A DNA stretch of 64,000 nt from Azolla caroliniana (Eukaryota; Plantae; Polypodiophyta), in NCBI GenBank assembly GCA_043228905.1, contig JBHGNT010000016.1:7936001-8000000 (forward strand), written 5' to 3'. A program made the translations under genes and the position numbers. This document shows, piece after piece, positions 1-12,749 of this stretch. The notes beneath the pieces are model-generated. The model saw only the letters and a list, made by a program, of their open reading frames with translations, ran no database searches and was not told where the DNA came from. The stretch's first letter is position 1, and every line of letters starts with the position of its first letter.

Positions 1-468
1 AATATGTTTCTGAGAGCCCATTGGGGCTATATCTGTAAATAGTCCTAATGTCATATTAGTATAAATATGACCTAGGGCAAACAAAGTGTAGTGTGTGTAT
101 CATTGTGTTGTCATTATTTTGTATAGAGATTATTGGTGTAACTACTGTACAGAGCGTAGCAGAGGAAAAGAGAGAGAGAGAGAGAGTATCTGTTGTAACC
201 GCCACCAGGCGAAGATCGTGAGCACGAGGTCGTTGCCTTTGTGTTTATCTGTTGTATTCCTCTCGACATAGTGATAGTTGGAGTTTGTGAACTCCCGTGG
301 TTTTATCCATTTAGGTTTTTCCACGAAAACATATTGTGTACTCTCTTGCTCTATTGTTTTTGTGTATACGTTCATCTATCTCCACATTCCCATTGTTGTG
401 TTTGTAATTCTCAACGAAGTGATTGAAGAATCGGTTGTGGATGAGTATTATTCCGCATATTCTCTTCA
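1..468 (+). repeat. Element A 5' LTR (partial)
   Basis: Near-identical to ~10065-10541; ends CA just before the Met PBS. Confidence 0.95.
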
Positions 469-498
469 AACTGGTATCAGAGCGAAACGACAAAGAAA

Positions 499-1812
499 AT
501 GGAAGATTCATTTGGCGGCATGTTCAAGCTCACCAACTCCAACTACTCAGTGTGGAAGTCGAAGATGAGGGACATGCTCGTGGTTAAAGATCTTTGGTTG
601 CCGGTTTAGTTCGGGGACAAGAGACTAGACAAGATCGATGCCACGATATGGGAGGTGATGCACATGAAGACAACGGCGTACATACGGTGCTTCATCGACA
701 TGAGCCTGTACAACAACTTCAATGAAGAGAGCAAGGCTCACTAGCTCTGGAAGAATATTGACATTATGTTTCAGAACAAAAATGTTGTTAATTAGGTCTC
801 GGTATTTCGGAAGCTAGTGAGGCTCCGGTACCAAGACGGCTCGAGTATGGCGGAGCACATGAATGCCTTCCAGGGGCTGATACACCAGACAACCTCATTG
901 GAAGTACCTCTCACCGATGAGGTACTTTCTCTACTCCTGCTCGGTTCCCTCCCGTATAGCTGGGAGATGTTAGTTCTCACTTTGGGCAACGCCAGGCCGG
1001 AAGGAAAACAGTTATCCCTAGTAAGAGTCAAGTCGAGCTTGCTAGATGAGGAGGCGCATCGGAAAGACAAGGATACGATCTCCGACTCCAAATCACTCCT
1101 TATTGAATCGGAACGTGGAAGACAAAGGAACCGTAGTCTCTAGAACCGGGAAATTCAGGGACATGGTCAAAGTCAAGGGGGAGGCCCACTTGCTTCTATT
1201 GCGGCAAGTCGGGGCACTTCCAGAAGAACTATCGGCATTTCCGGAAACACAAGGAAACCGACAGTACCGATTCGAAGCGGTCACCGGACCGGAACGGTAA
1301 AGACCGGAGGGGACCCAACCGGAAGGGAACGACGGCAATCGCGGCAAGTGAAGAAGAGTTTATGCTCATCATCGAGGAGAGTGAGTTGAACCTTGCTGGC
1401 GACGAGACAACGTGGGTTGTCGATTCCAGAGCGCCGTTCCACCTGACCCCGGACCGGAAATGCTTCTCATCCTACATAGCCGGTGAGCACGGCTGTGTCC
1501 GGATGGGGAATGAAGGTACATGTTGAATTGTCGGCATAAGAGACGTGTGGTTGACAACACCAACCGGATGCAAGTTGATGCTGAAGGATGTCCAACACGT
1601 TCCGGAGGTTCGACTGAACCTGATATCAGCCGGTCGGCTAGATGATGAAGGCTACACTGGTAGCATCCGGAACGGTGTTATGAAGTTAAGCAAAGGGAGC
1701 CTAATAGTAGCTCGGGCCCAAAAAGTCAACACATTGTACCTGATGAATGCCCGGTTATGCCCAGAAGATGTGAACATTGCTTCCGACACTACCAGTGAGT
1801 TGTAGCACAAGA
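499..1812 (+). pseudogene. Element A gag-pol 5' part (Gag, zinc knuckle, protease, start of GAG-pre-integrase)
   Basis: ATG at 499 (MEDSFGGMFKL), CFYCGKSGH knuckle, WVVDS protease motif; several in-frame stops and frameshifts. Confidence 0.9.
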
Positions 1813-2465
1813 TGACAAGAACTACACGCTCCGATGAACACCACTCGGCCACAACCGAGCTTAGAATCAAACACAGAAAACGGGAATGAAAGACACGGCA
1901 CAAAGGAGAGAAGAGTACACAGGATGTTTAACGTGGAAAACCCTGAGAGGGAAAAACCACAGTAGTCCACAGACTCCAAACTATCACTATATAAGAATGT
2001 ACAATGGTGGAGCACCGAGGCAACGACCTCGAGCTTGTTATCTTCGCCACAGTCGGCGGTTACAACAGAGATGCGAACTCTTCGTCTCTTTCTCTCTCTC
2101 CCTCTCTCTCTCTCTGTACACTGTTGCGCTCTAATCTTGCGCCAACAAGAATGACAACAACTCAACCCCTCTAAGTTTGCCCTAAGTCATATTTATACTA
2201 ATATGACTTTTCGGCTATTTACAAATATAGCCCCGATGGACTCTCAGAAAACATATTTACGAATATGTCCCTTCATCCGGTGAGCACTTCTCACCGGGCC
2301 TTCATCATCCGGCTCTTGCCGGGTACTCCTCATCCGGTTCTCACCGGGTCTTCCGTAGCCGGGTACTTGACATCCGGTTTCGACCTCGGCCTATCGGTCT
2401 AGGCCGAGTTTACTCATCAGTATTGTTCTTCTCACTTCCCATTCGGAGGGACCTCTTTCCTAACA
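1813..2465 (-). repeat. Element B 3' LTR
   Basis: 653-bp direct repeat of 6547-7201; TG...CA termini. Confidence 0.96.
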
Positions 2466-2475
2466 AACTCCCCCT

Positions 2476-5400
2476 TCACTCCGGCATGGGACGGCTTACT
2501 AGTCTGATCTGCTTCCGGCATGCATCCAGCTTGTCGGGTATCAGTACTTTGGTCAGCATATTTGATCCGTTCTCGGCCGTGTGGATCTTCGTTAGCGCGA
2601 ACTCTTGGTCATCTAGTCTTTCCCGGATCCAGTGATACCTTCGCTGGATATGCTTTGTCCAGGAATGGTAGGCCGCATTCTTAGCAAGGTGGATGGCACT
2701 TTGACTGTCGCAATAGAGCCGGTATTCATCTTGCCGGATACCGAGCTCTCCGATGAAGTCCTTCATCCATAATATTTCCTTGTCGGCTTCTACAGCCGCC
2801 ATGTACTCCGCTTCCGTGGTTGACAACTCAACTGTCTTCTGCAGCCTCGACTGCCATGAAACAGCTCCCCCTGCATATGTCATTACATATTCGGATGTAG
2901 ACCGGCTGGTATCCACATCTGCCGACATGTCCGAATCGGTAAAACCGTCAAGTTGAGGTTTTCCGGAGCCAAATCAGAGACACATATCCAAAGTGCCCTT
3001 CAAGTACCGGAGTATCCATTTGACCGTGTTCCAGTGCTCCTTGCCGGGATTGCTCATAAACCGGCTCACCACTCCGACTGCGTAGCCTATATCCGGTCGG
3101 GTACACACCATTGCGTACATCAAGCTCCCGACAGCAGAGGCATAGGGAACCTTCATCATATCAACCTTCTTTGCTTTCGTCTTTGGGCTTTGCTTACCGG
3201 ATAACCTGCAGTTTGCCGGAAGTGTCGATCCGACCGGTTTCGCATCTGACATGTTGAATCGTTGAAGCACCTTTGTCACGTACTTCTCCTATGACAGCCA
3301 CAATTGCTTCTTTGACCGGCTTTGACCGGTCCCGGATGATGTGCATCCCCAACATCTGTCTTGCCGGACCCAAGTCTTTCATTGAGAAGGTCCGGTTGAG
3401 AGCCTTCTTCAGCATCCGTATTCGGGCTTGGTTCCGTCCGATGATCAACATGTCGTCCACGTACAGAAGGAGTATTAGGAAGTCGCCTCCTTCGAACTTC
3501 TTCACAAACACGCAGTGATCGGCCTGCGTCTTGTGGTACCCTTGATCGGTCATGAAGGAGTCGAACTTCCGGTACCATTGTCGGGGAGCCTGCTTCAGTC
3601 CATATAGGCTCTTCTTCAACCGGCATACCAGGTGCTCCTTCCCCTTCTCCACGAATCCTTCCGGTTGCTGCATGTAGATCTCCTCTTCGAGGTCACCGTG
3701 AAGGAATGTCGTCTTCACGTCTAGCTGCTCTACCTCGAGGTCCATGCTTGCCGCCATACTCAGCACCGTCCGAATGGAGGTAATCTTTACTACTGGGGCA
3801 AATATCTCGTCGAAGTCCACGCCCTTCTTCTGCTGGAACCCCTTTACCACGATCCTGGCTTTGTATCTTGGGGGGTTGCCAGAATCTCCCGGTTTCAACG
3901 TGTACACCCACTTGTTTCGGAGTGCCCGCTTTCCTTTCGGCAACTACACCAATTCGTACGTATGGTTCTCATGCAGGGAATCCATCTCATCCTGCATGGC
4001 ACTTAACCATTTGCGGTTGTGGGTGTCATCCTTCGCCTCTACGAAGCTTTCTGGCTCCCCCTCATCGGTTAGCAGCACATGCTCTACATCCAGAAATCTC
4101 CGAGGGCGCTTTCTCTCTCTAAGAGGATATCTCCGTCTTTGGGCTTCGGTAACTAGGCCCTCCATTCGCTCTTCATCCGAATCTGATTCGGGGTCTTGGC
4201 CAGTTCCGGTTTCAGCTTCCTCTACTTCTTCTTCTGCCAGTTCGGTATCCTCACCGTAACCGATTGGTTCCTCGAGTGCTAACCGGTCTACTGCCGGTTG
4301 GGTCTGCTCATCGTAGACTCGATCCTTACCGGTCGACTCGGAGTTCATTATCTTCTTCTCCGACTCCTAGTCGGCGAGCGTCTTGTCCTCCATGAAGATA
4401 ATATCTCGACTCCGGAATACCTTCTTGTCGACCAGGTCCCACACTCGGTAGCAGAATTCATCATCGCCGTAACCGAGGAATATGCATGGTCGGGTCTTCG
4501 GATCTAGTTTTCCTCTTCGGTCCTTAGCTACATCACATACACAAGACACCTGAATACCTTCAGATGCCGGTAGGACACTTCCTTACCGGTCCAAACTCTC
4601 TATGACATGTCTCCGTCCAAGGGTACTGAGGGTGATCTGTTTATCACATATGTCGTCGTCGACAGTGCCTCAGCCCAAAACTTCTTGGGTAGTTTTGCAT
4701 GCGCCAGCATACTCCGGACCCTCTCCATTATGGTCTGGTTCATCCTCTCGGCCAGCCTGTTTAGTTCCGGCGTCTTCGGCACGGTAAATTCTAGCCAGAT
4801 TCCCTTCGAGTGACAGTACTCCTCGAATTGTCCCCGGTATTCTCCTCCGTTATCTGCTCGAACCGCCTTCAGCTTCTGGCCGGTTTCTTTTTCCACTCTC
4901 GCGTGGAGCTCTTTGAAGACGGATAGCACCTGATCCTTCGTCTTCAACGGTGTGGCCCACAGCTTCCGGTTGTGGTCATCTATGAACGTCACGACGTACT
5001 GCGATCCTGCATGTGACTTCGTGTCCACTTGACACACATCAGTATGCACCAACTCCAGTGGTGCATTACGTCTCATCAGTGGCCTTGGTCGGAAGGAGGT
5101 CTGGTTTTGCTTACTGGCCACACAATCAGTGCACTTCTCCAAGTGCACGTTCTTCACTGGAATGAGGTTGTCGTCTGCAAGCCTCTTCATCCCCTTCTCA
5201 CTCATGTGACACAGCCTCTTGTGCCACAGCTCACCGGCAGTGTCAGATGCCACGTTCACTTCTTCCGGGCATAACCGGGGATTCATCAGGTACAACGTGT
5301 TTACCTTCCGGGCCCGAGCCACAATCAGGCTCCCTTTGCTGAACTTCATAACACCGTTCTGGATGCTACCCGTGTAGCCTTCATCATCTAGCCGACCGGC

Positions 5401-6516
5401 TGGTATCAGGTTCAAACGAACCTCCGGAACATGTCGGACATCCTTCAACAGCAACTTGCATCCGGTTGGTGTTGTCAGCCACACGTCTCCTATGCCGACA
5501 ATTCGGCATGTCCCTTCATTCCCCATCCGGACATAACCATGATCACCGGCTGAGTAGGATGAGAAGCATTTCCGGTCCGGGGTAAGGTGGAACGACGCTC
5601 TGGAGTCGACCACCCAGGTCATCTCGTCGCCAGCAAGGTTTATCTCACTCTCCTCGGTGATGAGCATCAACTCTTCTTCACTTGCCACGATTGTCGTCAT
5701 TCCCTTCCGGTTCGGCCCCCTCCGGTCTGGTGTCCACTTCAAATCGGTATCGTCGGTTTCCTTGTCTTTTCGGAAATGCCGACAGTTCTTCTGGAAGTGT
5801 CCCGGCTTGCCGCAATAGAAGCAAGTGGGCCTCCCCCTTGACTTTGACCGTGTCCTCGACTTTTCCCGGTTCTAGGGACTACGGTTCCTTTGTCTTCCGC
5901 GTTCCGATTCGATAAGGAGCGCTTTGGAGTCGGAGCTCGTATCCTTATCTTTTCGACGCGCCTCCTTATCTAGCAAGCTCAACTTCACTCTTGCTAGGGA
6001 TAACCATTTCCCTTCCGGCCCGGCATTGCCCAAAGTGACAACCAACGTCTCCCAACTATCTGGGAGGGAACCGAGCAGGAGTAGCGCTAGTACCTAATCG
6101 GCAAGAGGTACTTCCAATGATGTTGCCTGGTGGATCAGCCCCTGGAAGGCATTCATGTGCTCCACCATGCTGGAGCCATCTTGGTACCGGAGTCTTACTA
6201 GCTTCCAAAATACCGAAACCTGATTAACAACATTTTTGTTTTGAAACATAATGTCGATCTTCTCCCAAAGCTCATGAGCCTTGCTCTCTTCATTGAAGTT
6301 GTTGTATAGGCTCATGTCGATGAAGCACCGTATGTAAGCCGTTGTCTTCATGTGCATCACCTCCCATATCGTGGCGTTGATTTTGTCCGGTCTCTTGTCC
6401 CCAAACTGAACCGGCAACCAAAGATCTTTAACCACGAGCATGTCCCTCATCTTCGACTTCCACACCGAATAGTTGGAGCCGGTGAGCTTGAACATGCCTC
6501 CCAACGAATCGTCCAT
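2476..6516 (-). pseudogene. Element B gag-pol polyprotein, disrupted by stops and frameshifts
   Basis: ORF fragments 6094-6552 (Gag), 4600-5742 (PR/INT, VHTDVC...RADNGGEY), 3194-3943 (RT, YVDD) and 2476-2928 (RNase H). Confidence 0.93.
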
Positions 6517-6546
6517 TTTCTGTGTCGTTTCTCTCTGATACCACTT

Positions 6547-7201
6547 TGACAAGAACTACACGCTCCGATGAACACCACTCGGCCACAACCGAGCTTAGAA
6601 TCAAACACAGAAAACGGGAATGAAAGACACGACACAAAGGAGAGAAGAGTACACAGGATGTTTAACGTGGAAAACCCTGAGAGGGAAAAACCACAGGAGT
6701 CCACAGACTCCAAACTATCACTATATAAGAATGTACAATGGTGGAGCACCGAGGCAACGACCTCGAGATTGCTATCTTCGCCACAGTCGGCAATTACAAC
6801 AGAGATACGAACTCTTCGTCTCTTTCTCTCTCTCTCCCTCTCTCTCTCTCTGTACACTGTTGCGCTCTAATCTTGCGCCAACAAGAATGACAACAACTCA
6901 ACCCCTCTAAGTTTTCCCTAAGTCATATTTATACTAATATAACTTTTCAGCTATTTACAAATATAGCCCCGATGGACTCTCAGAAAACATATTTACGAAT
7001 ATGTCCCTTCATCCGGTGAGCACTTCTCACTGGGCCTTCATCATCCGGCTCTTGCCGGGTACTCCTCATCCGGTTCTCACCGGGTCTTCCGTAGTCAGGT
7101 ACTTGACATCCGGTTTTGGCCTCGGCCTATCGGCCTAGGCCGAGTTTACTCATCAGTACTGTTCTTCTCACTTCCCATCCGGAGGGACCTCTTTCCTAAC
7201 A
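6547..7201 (-). repeat. Element B 5' LTR
   Basis: 655-bp direct repeat of 1813-2465, adjacent to the PBS. Confidence 0.96.
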
Positions 7202-9935
7202 CAAGAGACAGTGTCACATGAGCGAGAAGGGGATGAAGAGGCTTGCCGATGACAACCTCATTCCGGTGAAAGACGTGCATCTTGAGAAGTGCACCGACTG
7301 CTTGGCTGGTAAGCAAAACCGGACCTCCTTCCGCTCAAGGCCACTAATGAGACGTAATGTACCATTGGAGCTTGTGCATACCGATGTGTGTCAAGTGGAC
7401 ACGAAGTCACATGCCGGATCCCAGTACTTCATGACGTTCATAGACGACCACAACCGGAAGTTGTGGGCCACACCATTGAAGACGAAGGATTAGGTGTTAT
7501 CCGTCTTCAAGGAGCTCCATGCGAGAGTGGAAAGAGAAACCGGTCGGAAGCTGAAGGCGGTTTGAGCAGATAACGGAGGAGAATACTGGGGACAGTTCGA
7601 GGAGTACTGCCGCTTGAAGGGAATCTGGCTCGAATTTACCGTGCTGAAGATGCCGGAACTAAATGGGCTAGCTAAGAGGATGAACCGGACCATAATGGAG
7701 AGGGTTCAGAGTATGCTGGCACATGCAAAGCTACCCAAGACGTTTTGGGTTGCGGTGCTGGCAACAACGACGTACGTGATAAACAGATCACCCTCAATGC
7801 CCTTGGATGGAGACACGCCGCAGAGAGTGTGGACCGGTAAGGAAGTGTCTTACCGGCATTTGAAGGTGTTCGGGTGTCTCGCTTACGTGCATGTTGCAAA
7901 GGACTGGAGAGCAAAGTTGGATCCAAAGTCCCGGCCTTGCATACTCCTTGGATACGGCGATGATGAGTTCGGCTACCGAGTGTGGGATCCGATCGACAAG
8001 AAGGTTTTCCGGAGTCGAGATATTATCTTCATGGAGGACAAGACCCTTGCCAATTGGGAGTCGGAGAAGAAGATAATGAACTCCGAGTCGACCGGTAAAG
8101 ATCGGTTCGATGAGATTCGAACCTACCCGACTAAGAGCCGGTTGACACTCGAAGAACCGGCCGGTTACGGTGAAGATACTGAACCGGCAGAAGAAGAAGA
8201 GGAAGTTGAAACCAGAACCGGCCAAGATCCCGAATCGGATTCGGATGAAGAATAGACGCGAGAGCCAGTTACCGAAAACCGAAGTCAGAGATATCCTCTC
8301 AGAGAGAGAAGGCCCCCCCAGAGATTTCCGGATGTCGAGCGCGTGTTGCTAACTGAGGGGGGGGAGCCGGAAATCTTCGAAGAAGCAAACGAGGACACCC
8401 ACAACCGCAAGTGGTTGAGTGCCATGCAGAACGAGATGGATTCCCTGCATGAGAACCACACGTATGAACTGGTGGAGTTGCCGAAAGGAAAGCGGGCACT
8501 CCGGAATAAGTGGGTGCACAAGCTAAAACCGGGAGATGCCAGTAACCCCCCGAGATACAAAGGCAGGATCGTGGTGAAGGGGTTCCAACAGAAGAAGGGC
8601 GTGAACTTCGATGAGATATTTGCCCCGATAGTAAAGATGACTTCCATTCGGACAGTGTTGAGCATAGCGGCAAACGTGGACCTCGAGGTAGAGCGGTTAG
8701 ACATGAAGACGGAGTTCCTCCACGGCGACCTCGAAGAGGAGATCTACATGCAACAACCGGAGGGATTTGTGAAGAAAGGGAAGGAGCACGTGGTTTGCCA
8801 GTTGAAGAAGAGCCTCTACAGTTTGAAACAGGCTCCCCGGAAATGGTACCGGAAATTCGACTCCTTCATGACCGATCAAGGGTACCACAAGACGCAAGCC
8901 GATCACTGCGTATTTGTGAAGAAGTTCGAAGGAGGAGACTTCTTGATACTCCTCTTGTACGTGGATGACATGTTGATCGTCAGATGAGACCAAGTCAAGA
9001 TACGGATGCTGAAGAAGGCTCTGAACTAGACCTTCTCAATGAAAGACTTGGGTCCGACAAGATAGATATTGGGGATGCATATCATCCGGGACCGGTCAAA
9101 GAAGCAATTGTAGTTGTCACAAGAGAAGTACGTGACAAAGGTGCTTCAGCGGTTCAACATGTCAGAAGCAAAACCGGTTGGATCGACACTCCCGGCAAAC
9201 TACAGATTATCCGGTAAGCAAAGCCCGAAGACGAAGGCAGAGAAGGCAGATATGATGAAGATACCATATGCCTCTGCCGTCGGGAGCTTAATGTACGCAA
9301 TGGTGTGTACCCGACCGGATATCGAATATGCAGTCAGAGTGGTGAACCGGTTTATGAGTAATCCCGACAAGGAGCATTGGAACGTAGTCAAGTGGATACT
9401 CTGGTACTTGAAAGGCACCTCAAGTATGTGTCTCCAATTCGGCTCCGGTAAACCCCAACTTGACGGTTTCACTGATTCGGATATGTCGGCTGATGCGGAT
9501 ACCAGCTAGTCAACATCGAGATATGTTATGACATATGCAGGGGGAGTTGTTTCGTGGCAATCGAGGTTGCAGAAGACGGTTGCATTGTCAACCACGGAGG
9601 CGGAGTACATGGCAGCTGTGGAAGCCGGCAAGGAAATACTATGGATGAAGGACTTCATCGGAGAGCTAGGGATCCGACAAGAGGAATACCAGCTCTACTG
9701 CGACAATCAAAGTGCGCTCCACCTTGCAAAGAACGTGGCCTTCCATTCCCAGACAAAGCACATCCAGCGCAGGTACCATTGGATCCGGGAGCGAGTAGAA
9801 GATCGAGAGTTCCTGCTGACGAAGATCCACACTAAGGAGAACGGGTCGGATATGCTGACCAAAGTGCTGACACCTAACAAGCTAGAAGCATGCAGGAAGA
9901 GGATCATATTGAAAAGGCATCCCATGCTGGAGTGA
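7202..9935 (+). pseudogene. Element A pol 3' part (integrase, RT, RNase H), disrupted
   Basis: ORF fragments 7218-7493, 7614-8255, 8343-8987, 9114-9509 and 9528-9935 carry Copia INT/RT/RH motifs and are separated by premature TAG/TGA codons. Confidence 0.93.
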
Positions 9936-9945
9936 AGGGGGAGTT

Positions 9946-10541
9946 TGTTAGGATTTCGGTCCCTCTGGATGAGATGATGAGTACACGGCAAGGAAGACCC
10001 GATGAGAACCGGATGATGCAGGCCCAGTGAGAAGCTCTCACCGGATGAAGGAACATATATGGAAATATGTTTCTGAGAGCCCATTGGGGCTATATCTGTA
10101 AATAATCCTAATGTCATATTAGTATAAATATGACCTAGGGCAAACAAAGTGTAGTGTGTGTATCATTGTGTTGTCATTATTTTGTATAGAGATTATTGGT
10201 GTAACTACTATACAGAGCGTAGCAGAGGGAAAGAGAGACAGAGATAGAGTCAGAGCGAGTCTCTGCTGTAACCGCCGCTAGGCGAAGATCGTGAGCACGA
10301 GGTCGTTGCCTCTGTGTTTATTTGTTGTATTCCTCTCGACATAGTGATAGTTGGAGTTTGTGAACTCCCGTGGTTTTTCCCATTTAGGGTTTTCCACGAA
10401 AACATATTGTGTACTCTCTTGCTCTATTGTTTTTGTGTATACGTTCATCTATCTCCACATTCTCATTGTTGTGGTTGTAATTCTCAACGAAGTGATTGAA
10501 GACTCGGTTGTGGCTGAGTATTATTCCGCATATTCTCTTCA
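9946..10541 (+). repeat. Element A 3' LTR
   Basis: Follows the PPT; TGTTAGG...TCTCTTCA; repeats 1-468. Confidence 0.95.
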
Positions 10542-10785
10542 CTTATTTATAGATCCTTATAGAGTATTCTAGAATGTTCTAGAATATTCTAGATTTTTAT
10601 GATAAGAAATATAATCATGAAATATTAAAGGATGTTCTAGAATATTCTAATATCTCCTAATAACTAAAAATATAATTATTATAATCACACAACATATATG
10701 TTATTACAATGGTTAAGGGTTCAACACATAGACCAAGAAGTCGTGGGTTCGATGCTTCATAAGCCAAAATGTTGTCTTCATGACA
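10542..10785 (-). repeat. Element C 3' LTR (U3 remnant; the rest is displaced by element A)
   Basis: Matches 23703-23966; begins TGTCATG on the minus strand after the PPT. Confidence 0.92.
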
Positions 10786-12749
10786 TTATCCCCCCTTTCC
10801 ATGACGAGTTCCACGAGTCGGAGGACAAGAGTTCGGACTTGGTTTATGGGGATATTTGTCGTGAAATCCAACAACCATGTCAGAGGCATTAGCAAGATGC
10901 TCGACAGGCTCCCATGTTCGATCATTAGGTGTATAACCTAACCAATCAACCAAATAATATAGTTTGTTGCGGATGATCTTGGAGTCGAGAATGGAAGCAA
11001 CCTCATATTCAGAGCCATTGGAAACTTCGATTGGAGGTGGGGGAGGTGTAAGACGACCCAGAATAGAGCTTGTTGTGTAGGGCTCCAAAAGTGAAACATG
11101 GAAGACCGGGTGAAGACACACATGAGGAGGGAGATCAAGATGAAATGTCACATCATTGATCTTACCAGAGATCACATATGGGCCAAAACATTGATAATCC
11201 AATTTGTAGCAAGGTTGGGTGGTTTTAATGCTACCTTGTAAGAGCCATACATGATCTCCTACTTGAAACGTAGTCGATGAATCACGCCGATGACAATCAA
11301 CAATCTTCTTTTGAGTGTTTTGGGCATCACATAAATGATGCAAAAGTACATCCTTAACTTCTTGGAGTCGAGTGAGTCGATCTTCAACAACCGGGTTTTT
11401 TGGGAGTTCGGGATGTTCAAGCATCATCCAACGAGGATGGTACCCAATGTTAGCAAAACCTGGGGAATATCCAGTACAAGAATGTTCAGAGTTGTTGTAA
11501 GAAAATTCCGCCAAATGTAATAAATCCACCCAATCATCTTGTTGATAGTTGACAAAACAACGTAGATATTGTTCGACTGTTTGGTTGGTGCGCTCACTCT
11601 GCCCATTAGTCTCGGGATGGAAGGCGGAAGAGAGTTTACGAGAAGTATGTAAGAGTTTGAACATGTGTTGCCAAAATTTTGAGATGAATTGGGGACCCAA
11701 TCACTGATAATATCATCTGGAAGACCGTGATGGCGAAACACCTCCCGCATGAGTAAATCGGCTATCTCTTGGATAGTAATGGTCTTCATGCATGGAAGGA
11801 AATGCGCCATCTTCGTAAAAAGATCAACTACTGTGAGAATAGAATCAAAACCCTTGGAAGGTGGAAGATTCATAATAAATTCCAAGGAAATAGATTTGCA
11901 TGGGCTCTCAGGAAAAGGCATTGGCTATAATAAGCATATGGATGATGTCGAGGCTTTTTTGATCGGCAACATGTATCACAACTACGAACATAATCCGTAA
12001 CAAAATGACAAAGCCGTGGCCACCAATATCGGCGAGAAATCAACTCAAAAGTCTTATGGATACCGAAATGTCCAGCCATTGGCGTGTCATGACATTGTTG
12101 CATGACTTTGAGTCGAGAAGGACCGTCAAGCACATACAAGAGAGTTTGTCGAAAAAGCAAACCATCATGCCAACTAAACTAGGTGTAGTCTAGACGAGGA
12201 TTTTGATATTGGGAGTTGGAAGCACGATTTGGGATAATATGACTCAAAACATCTTGGGCAAATGCATCGATCGCAATCTGCTCCCGAATGGAATCAAGAA
12301 GCCTTGAATCTCCCAGTGTGTTGATAGTATGTATTGCCATTACTCGTAGACGATCAGGACCTCAAAGGATTTGCTTTTGACTTTCAAATGCGGCCTCTCC
12401 TAGTTGAAGTTCCATATACGAACGTCGAGATAAAGCATCTGCTTTTCCTTGTTGCATCCCAGGGCGATATAGAATTACAAAATCAAAACGAGTTAAGAAC
12501 TGCGCCCAACAAGCTTGTCGACGATTCAAGACTCGAGCATTTTGGAAGTATGTTAGATTTTTGTGATCATTGGAGACAATAATCTGTTGAGAAGAACCCT
12601 CCAAAAATGACACCATTGTTGAAAAGAATCCACAATGGCAAGATGTTATTTGTCGTGAATCTCATAGTTGATTTCTGCAGCTTCAAATTTCCATGAGTGA
12701 AAAGCCACAGGGTGCAGTTTGCCATCTTCACCAATCTAGGATAGTACGT
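10786..12749 (-). pseudogene. Element C RNase H-integrase-chromodomain, frameshifted
   Basis: ORFs 12362-12616 (DHKNL, ADALSR), 11870-12160 (HDTPMAGHFG zinc finger), 11424-11921 and 10786-11700 (HPETNGQSER, HPVFHVSLL, chromodomain). Confidence 0.9.

Larger units (their letters stand above)
1813..7201 (-). mobile_element. Element B: full-length Ty1/Copia LTR retrotransposon (sister family of A), inserted antisense into A
   Basis: LTRs 1813-2465 and 6547-7201. Perfect 5-bp TSD CAAGA (1808-1812 / 7202-7206). Met PBS at 6533-6543 (minus strand TGGTATCAGAG). PPT at ~2468-2477. A's reading frame resumes across the insertion. Confidence 0.97.
1..10541 (+). mobile_element. Element A: Ty1/Copia LTR retrotransposon (Tnt1/Tork-like), decayed; interrupted by element B; 5' LTR cut by the window start
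   Basis: 5' LTR remnant 1-468 ends TCTCTTCA, followed by PBS TGGTATCAGAGC (tRNA-iMet) at 472-483. PPT GAAGGGGGAG at 9934-9943, then 3' LTR 9946-10541 (TG...CA). Domain order gag-PR-INT-RT-RH. RT motif LLLYVDDML; RH motif SWQSRLQKTVALSTTEAEY. Confidence 0.96.
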
